Source: a virus
IMG/VR virus record: IMGVR_UViG_3300045988_176028
Reading direction: 5' to 3' (one strand)
DNA: 64,000 nt
Each line of letters starts with the position of its first letter. Within the stretch, counting starts at the first letter, position 1. The position numbers and the translations under genes were made by a program. This document shows, in pieces, positions 26,656 to 33,812 of this stretch. The notes beneath the pieces are model-generated. The model ran no database searches and was not told where the DNA came from. It was given only the letters and a program-made list of their open reading frames with translations.

Positions 26656-27105
26656 ATGGACGCGAACACTCCCATTAACATTCCCATCCGTCTTGAACAG
26701 TGGATACATGACAACTACATGGAAGTCGAAACCATTATCATCGATGCCCGGACAATCCTAGACGCAACCGATTTCGATAATCTTCCCGAATGGGAGGATT
26801 GGGATACGGACTTCATCGCGGAGGACGCTCAAAGAATTGGGCTGCTGAAAATGTGGTCTGGGCCATTCACCGTCGAACTATTCAACTGTGACGAGTATCC
26901 CGACTATCTCGAATGGCGCAAAACTCATAAGACCGTCGAAGGTGCCGCAGAACACATTCTCGACTTGAGCAAGAAGGAACTACTGTGGCAAATCGAAGAA
27001 ACCAAGAAGCAACTAGACAAGTATGTTAGCCAATATGAGGCGTTAAGCGGGGAGAATCCGCGTCAAACTTCTAGAACGGCACTGGTTGGCAGACCACTCG
27101 TCTAA
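26656..27105 (+). CDS. Acidic hypothetical protein (149 aa)
   Basis: ATG at 26656. The track ORF start at 26461 overlaps the previous gene. Contains DATDFDNLPEWEDWDTDFIAEDAQ. Confidence 0.55.
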   Translation: MDANTPINIPIRLEQWIHDNYMEVETIIIDARTILDATDFDNLPEWEDWDTDFIAEDAQRIGLLKMWSGPFTVELFNCDEYPDYLEWRKTHKTVEGAAEHILDLSKKELLWQIEETKKQLDKYVSQYEALSGENPRQTSRTALVGRPLV

Positions 27106-27131
27106 CATCCGAGAGAAAAGAAGAAAACCAA

Positions 27132-27500
27132 ATGGTATGCAAAAATACCCCGGACAACTGGGCTACCCGCCGAGTCCTCGCAATCTCATACAGTCCGGAC
27201 GGCAGATATAAGGAAACACTATTCGAGCGTGAAGAAGATGGAAACTATTATGCGGGCTGTGGAAGATTCTACGCCAGCGATATCGAGGATAGAACCAAGT
27301 TCTATCCGATTCCGGACGACGAGAAACTATCTCGCTGGGTGTTGAAGGATGGAACGGTAATCACTTCGTCCGAGAATAGTGACATCCTTAACCCGGAGGC
27401 CATGCGTGTTATGACTTTCGACGGCACTCGTATCGTAATCCCAGCCGAACAGCTTAACTACGTGCAGGACATGTGTGAGGATACCAATGCAGAATACTGA
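27132..27500 (+). CDS. Hypothetical protein (122 aa)
   Basis: Open frame in the operon string. Confidence 0.5.
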   Translation: MVCKNTPDNWATRRVLAISYSPDGRYKETLFEREEDGNYYAGCGRFYASDIEDRTKFYPIPDDEKLSRWVLKDGTVITSSENSDILNPEAMRVMTFDGTRIVIPAEQLNYVQDMCEDTNAEY

Positions 27501-27846
27501 ACAAAACCGTTGGATATTACTGGATATGGCTCGTGCCATGGGTGGCTACGGCTACGACGAGATGTGGTGGGCTGACGTTTTTGAGCCGGACGAATTGGAG
27601 TATTCCGCTCCCGACTTGTATGAGAAGTTCGTCAACTCGTCCGACTACGACCCTGCTGCTCATTGGTTCCGTCGTAAGGAATACGGTGTCGGTTTCGAGT
27701 CGGTCACGGACGAGAGCCTGTTGGCGGATGCTTGGCATATGCGGGATGATATTGTCGAATTGGCTTCTCGTAGGGATGTGTGGCTGAATATTCCGGATAT
27801 CGATTTTGTTTCGCGTATTCGGAAGCTTGGGGTTGTGGTTTCTTAG
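27487..27846 (+). CDS. Acidic, aromatic-rich hypothetical protein (119 aa)
   Basis: ATG at 27487 with GAGGA 7 nt upstream. Overlaps the previous stop. Confidence 0.5.
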   Translation: MQNTEQNRWILLDMARAMGGYGYDEMWWADVFEPDELEYSAPDLYEKFVNSSDYDPAAHWFRRKEYGVGFESVTDESLLADAWHMRDDIVELASRRDVWLNIPDIDFVSRIRKLGVVVS

Positions 27847-27848
27847 GA

Positions 27849-27890
27849 TTGTCTCTCTGAAAATTCCATGCTATACTGGAAACGTTCACA
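27849..27890 (+). promoter_or_regulatory. Conserved promoter/leader box, copy 6 (TTGTCT-N17-TATACTGGAAACGTTCACA)
   Basis: The -35-like TTGTCT lies at 27849-54. The box TGCTATACTGGAAACGTTCACA lies at 27869-90. Confidence 0.65.
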
Positions 27891-27917
27891 AAAAAGTTTT
27901 CGGAAAGAGCAAGAAAA

Positions 27918-28004
27918 ATGAGCGACATCAAGACGCCTGTCACCCCAATAGACGAGGAACGGGTCAAAAAAACTGGTACCCTCGCTACTCGCATTCAGAC
28001 ATGA
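27918..28004 (+). CDS. Possible 28-aa peptide
   Basis: First ATG after box copy 6 (MSDIKTPVTPIDEERVKKTGTLATRIQT). Its stop overlaps the next ATG (ATGA). Translated by hand. Confidence 0.25.
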   Translation: MSDIKTPVTPIDEERVKKTGTLATRIQT

Positions 28005-28117
28005 ACGACAATATTCGCCTCCGCTTGAACAAGGCGATTGAAACCACCGATTCTGAGGAATTCGTGGACATTGCCTACAAGCTGGGACTGTTCCTTACGG
28101 AAGGGGAAGACGATTGA
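28001..28117 (+). CDS. Possible 38-aa peptide
   Basis: MNDNIRLRLNKAIETTDSEEFVDIAYKLGLFLTEGEDD. Its stop overlaps the TTG start of the next gene. Confidence 0.3.
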   Translation: MNDNIRLRLNKAIETTDSEEFVDIAYKLGLFLTEGEDD

Positions 28118-28662
28118 GCGTCGAAGAAACAGGAGTTTGGACGGAAACTTATCCAAAAGAACCTTGCCCATTCTGCGGAAAAACGGTTGCTATTCGAATC
28201 AGCGAGATTCTTATTGTGGACAAAAAATACTGGAAAGTCCGTATTTTCGACGATAGTGGTTGCCCGTTGTCCGCAATGTTCGAGCGGGGCTTGCGAATGG
28301 GGTCAGCGGGGGAAGTGTGTGCCGTTCTTAAAAAGGATTGGCATGAGATTGTGGAAACCGTTTCCACTATGCCGGTTTGTCCCGAATGTGGACGCTCCCC
28401 GGTTTGTCGTTATTCCACGAACCTCGACCGTTGGATTATCCTTTGCGAAAAAGGACATTTGAGAACGGATGAGGCTTTCGTTCTCTCTGCCATGAGGAAT
28501 TGGAACAAGAAAGTCGGTCAATATGTTTGCGACAATCAGAACCAACGACTCGGTCAATGTCTGATGGAGTTCTGGCATCAAGGGGATACGTCGGACGAGA
28601 ATCTTCCGGAATTCATGCGGCAAAGTTGGCGGATAAAACACGCCGATTGGGAGAGAAAGTGA
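28114..28662 (+). CDS. Protein with two Lar-like (restriction-alleviation family) zinc-ribbon modules
   Basis: Module 1 is CPFCGKTVAIRISE...AVLKKDWHE. Module 2 is CPECGRSPVCRY...LCEKGH...AMRNWNKKV. Both follow the CPFCG ... C ... A..WN pattern remembered for Lar-family proteins. Confidence 0.55.
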   Translation: MSVEETGVWTETYPKEPCPFCGKTVAIRISEILIVDKKYWKVRIFDDSGCPLSAMFERGLRMGSAGEVCAVLKKDWHEIVETVSTMPVCPECGRSPVCRYSTNLDRWIILCEKGHLRTDEAFVLSAMRNWNKKVGQYVCDNQNQRLGQCLMEFWHQGDTSDENLPEFMRQSWRIKHADWERK

Positions 28663-29018
28663 ACGAAAACGTAAATTACCATCCGCTACGCCGTTGCGTC
28701 ATCTGCAACGAATCAGTGGAGGCCGACGACCCGACATGCGCGGTCTGCGGCCAACCGGCTTGCAGTAACCACGCTTACGACGTGGGTGGCGGCGAATGGT
28801 ATTGCGCCGACTGCCACCACGGAAAAACTCACCCGTGCGCGGACTGTGGTACGCCATCCCATTGGCGGTGCAAGGATTGCGGCAAATGGGTTTGCAAAAA
28901 CCATTCGACATTCGTCGCGGTTCAAGGTGAGGAATTCTATACTCTTTTCGGCTACTACTGCGATAATGATTTACGTTGGGAACTAGCGGAAGAACAAGCT
29001 AAGGAGGTGACGTTGTGA
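28659..29018 (+). CDS. Cysteine-rich zinc-binding protein (119 aa)
   Basis: GTGA overlap with the upstream gene. Five CxxC pairs (CVIC, CAVC, CADC, CADC, CKDC) plus CSNH and CKNH. Confidence 0.55.
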   Translation: MNENVNYHPLRRCVICNESVEADDPTCAVCGQPACSNHAYDVGGGEWYCADCHHGKTHPCADCGTPSHWRCKDCGKWVCKNHSTFVAVQGEEFYTLFGYYCDNDLRWELAEEQAKEVTL

Positions 29019-29123
29019 GCGAGAAAACCAGACGGGATAAGACGTTGAAGCTTATCGAGGACGGCGATGACGATGATTGGAAGACTGCCGTATTTATACT
29101 TCCTTCTACTCGCTTGAGTTTTG

Positions 29124-29156
29124 GCCGCTCCTTTTCTGGGAGCGGCTTTTATTTTT
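29124..29156 (+). terminator. Rho-independent terminator
   Basis: GCCGCTCC-TTTTCT-GGGAGCGGC followed by TTTTATTTTT. Confidence 0.8.
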
Positions 29157-29166
29157 CTCATCCAGA

Positions 29167-29188
29167 TGTTATAGTGGAATTGTTCACA
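29167..29188 (+). promoter_or_regulatory. Conserved promoter/leader box, copy 7 (TGTTATAGTGGAATTGTTCACA)
   Basis: Extended -10. Lies 22 nt upstream of the ATG at 29211. Confidence 0.6.
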
Positions 29189-29210
29189 AAAAATGGTTAA
29201 GGAGAAAAAT

Positions 29211-29939
29211 ATGAGCGACAAAAACACCACACCAAAACTTCCCAAGTACAAGAAGACCATCGACGCTACCGGATTCGGACTATCCTGCGTCACCGAATAC
29301 GGGTTCGATGACGCAGGGCTGTTCCACCACTCATACACGTACAACTACAAGAACAGGAAGGCCGTCATCCAAGTGATGGGAAGCCAGCAGCCCGCCGACT
29401 GGCATACCCGCCAAAGCGCCTACGCCTCCTACTATGAGGATGGGAAACAGGTAGGCCGAACCCGTGCCTATAACATTCTTGAAAACGCTCAAATCAAGGC
29501 AGTCCGTTGGATTATGGGCTTCGGCTCGGATAGCAAGGCGGAAGAAGCCTATCGTGCCGTTCGACTGGAGAAAAGCCATCGCAATCAGCAAATCTGCCGT
29601 CGCATCCCCAAACCATTGCGCATGGAAGTCGAGGGGCTTGCAAATAAGCTGGGTTTGAAAATCCACGGCGACGAAGACAACAGCATTGTGGAAACGTTCG
29701 TGAACACGTATCTCGCCACTGCGGAACAGAATGGTCTGATTGAACTGAGAGAACGTCAATACGGTTACGAAAAGTCGATGACCGTATGGCTGGACGGGGA
29801 TGCGAGCCGCAAAACCGAAGACGCCCCCGACTGGGAGAAGTTCAAGGAAACCGTCGTGGAAATCGTCCCACTCTATTTGGAATGTAGACGGAAAACGGCG
29901 GAAAGCGTTGGTCTGGGGGAGAAGCTGGCTGAAAACTAA
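29211..29939 (+). CDS. Hypothetical protein (242 aa)
   Basis: ATG at 29211 with AAGGAG 6 nt upstream. The track start at 29193 lies over the RBS. Confidence 0.6.
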   Translation: MSDKNTTPKLPKYKKTIDATGFGLSCVTEYGFDDAGLFHHSYTYNYKNRKAVIQVMGSQQPADWHTRQSAYASYYEDGKQVGRTRAYNILENAQIKAVRWIMGFGSDSKAEEAYRAVRLEKSHRNQQICRRIPKPLRMEVEGLANKLGLKIHGDEDNSIVETFVNTYLATAEQNGLIELRERQYGYEKSMTVWLDGDASRKTEDAPDWEKFKETVVEIVPLYLECRRKTAESVGLGEKLAEN

Positions 29940-30429
29940 TCCTGATGGTTGGGACAGAAAACTGCTCCAACCATTTTTGTTGCGTTCTCCAATATCTGCC
30001 TATAATCCTCAAGGACACCTACTGTCACGTTTAAGTCCACGGCCATTGGGAAAAGCTCACCCTCATAGATTCGTTCGGATTGGATATATTCGAACGGATT
30101 GATAAGCAGTATCGCCGTCTCCTTACGAACGTATGATTCAGCCTTGTCATCGTATTGTTTCCAGCAACAAGTATCACCGTGAGTCCAATGGAATAGTTCA
30201 TGCGTTAACGTGCATCGTTTCTGCCGCTCGTTCAACCGTGGGTCTATGACGATGATGCGGGTTTCCTCGTCATATACGCCGTATATACGCCGTTGATGTT
30301 TTCCGGAAGTTCCTCCTCGAAAACGTATGGCGCTTGACGTGTGAGTCCTACCATCCGTTTTATCTCTTCATAGCACATTCGCCGGTCGATGGCGACGCTT
30401 CTGTTGTCTACTGGGGGATGTTTCAGCAA
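29936..30429 (-). pseudogene. ImmA/IrrE-type zinc metalloprotease gene split by an 11-bp tandem duplication
   Basis: Two minus-strand ORFs (30429..30244 and 30235..29936). The downstream one carries HELFH (HEXXH). ATATACGCCGT occurs twice in tandem at 30272-30293. Deleting one copy by hand gives a continuous ...INGVYDEETRIIVIDPRLNERQKRCTLTHELFHW... Confidence 0.75.
30272..30293. repeat. Perfect 11-bp tandem duplication (ATATACGCCGT x2)
   Basis: Read directly from the sequence. It causes the frameshift in the ImmA-like gene. Confidence 0.95.
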
Positions 30430-30803
30430 GCGTCCTCGCTTTCCGATTCCGCTTGCTTGTTGGGGTCGTGGTTTGCGGCCAATGTGAGGTCGCCGGAATT
30501 GATTTTACGCAGGACGGCTTGAAGCTGCTGTTCCACAACGGATTGCGTGGAATGGTATCCGTTGTGTCCGGCGATGAGTTCTTCTGGGGTCATGTTCCAT
30601 GCGTGGGCGAGTTTTTCCACGTCGGCGGGGAGCCATTCGACCGTTTCGTTGTATCGTGTGGTGACGTAGCTGGGGCTTTTGCCTAGTTGACGTGCGATGT
30701 CCCGTGCGGAGAGCCGTCGGATTCCGGCTTCCGCTAGGATGCGTTGGTTGATTCTTCTGTTGAATTCGCTGGTTTGGTTTTTTCTTTTTCCCATGTTTTC
30801 CAT
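30423..30803 (-). CDS. XRE-family helix-turn-helix repressor (ImmR-like by context)
   Basis: HTH segment LSARDIARQLGKSPSYVTTRYN. Its stop overlaps the start of the ImmA-like gene by 7 nt. Confidence 0.75.
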   Translation of the reverse strand: MENMGKRKNQTSEFNRRINQRILAEAGIRRLSARDIARQLGKSPSYVTTRYNETVEWLPADVEKLAHAWNMTPEELIAGHNGYHSTQSVVEQQLQAVLRKINSGDLTLAANHDPNKQAESESEDAC

Positions 30804-30841
30804 GATAACTGATTTTTAACATGAAACGCGTGGTTTTAGAT

Positions 30842-30869
30842 TTGACAGCATACTTTTATATGCTATTGT
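30842..30869 (+). promoter_or_regulatory. Promoter-like TTGACA-N16-TATTGT enclosing an inverted repeat (AGCATA-N6-TATGCT)
   Basis: Lies in the divergent XRE / 31116 intergenic region. Read directly from the sequence. Confidence 0.4.
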
Positions 30870-31001
30870 CTGTAATTACGAACACTTGTTCACTCGAAGA
30901 AACAGGAAGTCAATGCATAACATGAGTTACGACAAGGCACGGACGCCCTTGTGGACAGTCAGGTAGACACCTCCAAGAAACCCGTTCCACATACCCCGCC
31001 T

Positions 31002-31071
31002 CAAAATTGGAGGGACACACCCCCAATTTTGTGAATACGCCCAGTATGACTAGAATAAAAAAACGTCCACA
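31002..31071 (+). promoter_or_regulatory. Inverted repeat CAAAATTGGAGGG/CCCCCAATTTTG overlapping the -35, then TAGAAT -10 and GTCCACACAATA leader
   Basis: Inverted repeat at 31002-14 and 31020-31. TAGAAT at 31051-56. GTCCACACAATA at 31065-76 resembles the leader of box copy 2 (GTTCACACAATA) but sits 2 nt further from the -10. Confidence 0.45.
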
Positions 31072-31115
31072 CAATATAAGCCAGACTCCACACAGGCCAG
31101 ACCAAAAGGAATGTT

Positions 31116-32690
31116 TTGAGAAAGACAATAGACCAGAAAATCCTCTTGGATAAACACTTCACAAAATTGGACATCCTAGGCCAGCACCTATGGATGATGC
31201 TCCAACTGCATCCGAAGACCAATGCTCTCGGCGTATGTGATTGGACGTTTGGAAAAATCAACGCTTACACTCACGGAAACACTCCCACCCTATTCCAACA
31301 GGCGGGACGGGAACTCGTAAACGAAGGACTACTGGTCATAGACGAGGACACCGAAGAAGCACTCCTCCTCGACCACATCGACCTCACGGCGGACTCCGGA
31401 ACCATCGAATCCGCATACCTTGGAACCGCCAGCCCAAGACTGCGCAGAATCCTAGTCAGTGAACTGAACCGAACCCTCCGACAGGGAAAGCACTTCCCGT
31501 TCGAATGGGAGGAGATTCATGACATCCTCAGTGAATCGAATGCCGACTCCGACGAATATGAGGAGCCGCATCCAAGCGTGGAACCCGTCGAGGATGATTC
31601 CCTAAACACCTCCCAGACAGATAATTCCACCTCCAAAAAGGAAAAAGAACCCGCCAAGCAGGACGATACCGAAACCTCAAGCGTGAAACCCGTAGAAGCG
31701 GAAGACAAGCCCGTCGGGAAGCGTCGCGGTCGCCCACGCAAGAATCCACTCCCTCCGGAAGGAGAAGACAAACCGAAGCGTCGGCGCGGTCGCCCACGCA
31801 AGTACAAACCCGAACCGGTCGAACTGATGGACGGAACCATGGAGCCTCCGTTCGAGGAGCCGATGACCATGGAACAGGTCGAGGTTCTGCCCCAATACGA
31901 TTCCAACGCTCCAATCGACGTGGATGATGACGGGGAACCCAAGTATTTGCAGTGGGATGAAATCCCGCAACAGCTTTGGTTCTGGCATCCTCTGCCGGAA
32001 GACTGGTCTCCGACCAAGGAAGCCGCCGACTTGTACAAGGAGCTGGGCGGCGGAAGCAAGATGACCATTTTGCAAGCGGCTGACTCGTTCCGTAAGGTCT
32101 ACGATTCACGTTTGTACGTGAAACGTGACAATGGTTTCAAGGCCGCTCCGCTTTCGCCTGACCGACTTTTCATCCAACAGTTGCTTCACTGGCGTAAGGA
32201 GAAGGACGAGGAAAACGAACGCAAAGCCAAGGAAAAAGCCGAGGAGGAAGCTCTCCTCAACGAGGAACCGACAATCGACGTAGACCCCATCTGGGGAAAC
32301 CCCGAAGACTTGGTTTCCGCCAAAGTGGAACAGGAAAACCCCCAACAGGAGGAAGTGACCCCACTGATTCCAGACGAGGAAGTACCGAAAGTCCGCCACT
32401 ATAAGCGGATGGTGCCGAAGGATTGGAAACCGAACCAGAAGCACATCGACCGGGCCAATGAACTGAACATCGACGTGAACACGGAAGCCGAGAAATTCTA
32501 CAACTACAGCCATTCCAATGGCAAGAAATACTTGGACTTCGACCGCGCCTTCGACAATTGGCTCCTCAACGCCGACAAGTTCAACAGGAACAGCCGAAAC
32601 ACACGACGCAAAACCCGTAGCGAGGAAGGATACGAGCACAACATGAACATGCTGAAAGAATCCCTCGCCCAAGCCGGATGGGATGAATGA
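31116..32690 (+). CDS. DNA-binding protein with two AT-hooks and C-terminal DnaD/replisome-organiser-like repeats (putative)
   Basis: KRRGRPRKNP and RRRGRPRKYKP. Acidic linkers. C-terminal ...EAEKFYNYSHSNGKKYLDFDRAFDNWLLNA. Confidence 0.6.
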   Translation: MRKTIDQKILLDKHFTKLDILGQHLWMMLQLHPKTNALGVCDWTFGKINAYTHGNTPTLFQQAGRELVNEGLLVIDEDTEEALLLDHIDLTADSGTIESAYLGTASPRLRRILVSELNRTLRQGKHFPFEWEEIHDILSESNADSDEYEEPHPSVEPVEDDSLNTSQTDNSTSKKEKEPAKQDDTETSSVKPVEAEDKPVGKRRGRPRKNPLPPEGEDKPKRRRGRPRKYKPEPVELMDGTMEPPFEEPMTMEQVEVLPQYDSNAPIDVDDDGEPKYLQWDEIPQQLWFWHPLPEDWSPTKEAADLYKELGGGSKMTILQAADSFRKVYDSRLYVKRDNGFKAAPLSPDRLFIQQLLHWRKEKDEENERKAKEKAEEEALLNEEPTIDVDPIWGNPEDLVSAKVEQENPQQEEVTPLIPDEEVPKVRHYKRMVPKDWKPNQKHIDRANELNIDVNTEAEKFYNYSHSNGKKYLDFDRAFDNWLLNADKFNRNSRNTRRKTRSEEGYEHNMNMLKESLAQAGWDE

Positions 32691-33358
32691 TGACAGCACA
32701 GGCTCCCACACAAGGAACGTTGACCACGGCACAGGCCAGCAATGGACAGCATTACCCACGCGCCTTCGAACGCCCGTGCGCCATCGCGCTGTTGACTCAA
32801 ATCAACAGTCATTACGGCAACAAGCCGTTGGATGACGCGCAGGTGGATAACTTCGTCAACGAAATCGACCATACGATTAAAGCTGACGAAGCCCGTCAAG
32901 CCATCATCGAATTCTTCCAGACACATTCGTCACGGGAAGCTTGGATTGCTCCCTACGACATCAATCAGATGGTCAGGAGGAAGCGTTTGAGCAGAGTGCC
33001 ATCCAATGCTGAAATCAGCCGCATGCTCGACGTATATGGCATCACCGACGCGAACACCGCATGGGGATTTCGACGAGGACTGACCTACGCCATCTCCAAA
33101 GGCGCTTCGCCGGAACGCGCTATCGAGTATGCGAAAAGACACTGTGATGACGTGAAGACCATCTCCAACACCCCAGACCAGTATCCACAGCTCACAGCCG
33201 GTGACAACGTGGGCAAGGAAGACGGTGTCACTTCATTTTCAGCGCTATTGAAAGACTTCCGGTCAGGATTGGAACGGCCATCCACACAGGCCAATCCAAT
33301 CCCAGCCGAAAACAATCCAATCCAGAAAACCGATAAGAAAGAAGAAAACAAACAATGA
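32687..33358 (+). CDS. Hypothetical protein (223 aa)
   Basis: ATGA overlap with the upstream gene. Confidence 0.55.
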   Translation: MMTAQAPTQGTLTTAQASNGQHYPRAFERPCAIALLTQINSHYGNKPLDDAQVDNFVNEIDHTIKADEARQAIIEFFQTHSSREAWIAPYDINQMVRRKRLSRVPSNAEISRMLDVYGITDANTAWGFRRGLTYAISKGASPERAIEYAKRHCDDVKTISNTPDQYPQLTAGDNVGKEDGVTSFSALLKDFRSGLERPSTQANPIPAENNPIQKTDKKEENKQ

Positions 33359-33756
33359 CCGACGTCACCACCAAGCTTATTCACGACACTTTCATCCAGA
33401 ACCGTCCCGATAAGGTAGGCGAACAGGAAGCGGAGGAACTGTTCAACCATTGGCTTGAAGTCCACGGATTCCAGCCGGAGGAACAGCCCATCGCACCAGC
33501 CGGATTCGAGTATGAGACCGTCAAAACCAAGGAGGATTCCACACCATCCTCCGACGATTTGGACGCCATCGCCCTCGCATCCGACAATGCCACCAATTCC
33601 GCCGCAATGATTTCCGACGTGATGGATTCTCTTCCTGAAAGCACTCAGGAAGCGCTTGCGTGCGCGTTGAACGACTTCGACTGTGCCGCCGAGCATCTGC
33701 ACAGGTTGCTCGACAAGTACAATTACAAGCCTTTGGAAGAAAGGGAGGAAGAGTGA
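33355..33756 (+). CDS. Acidic hypothetical protein (133 aa)
   Basis: ATGA overlap with the upstream gene. Confidence 0.55.
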   Translation: MTDVTTKLIHDTFIQNRPDKVGEQEAEELFNHWLEVHGFQPEEQPIAPAGFEYETVKTKEDSTPSSDDLDAIALASDNATNSAAMISDVMDSLPESTQEALACALNDFDCAAEHLHRLLDKYNYKPLEEREEE

Positions 33757-33812
33757 AGTAGCGCAAGAACACAAAACCAATCCACACACAGTAAGAAACC
33801 AGAAGGAAAGAT

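Noticed and set aside
29015-29200. A 61-aa ORF coupled by GTGA to the Cys-rich protein.
   Set aside because: The frame reads straight through the terminator hairpin (29124-29156) and box copy 7. At most a short N-terminal peptide could be real.
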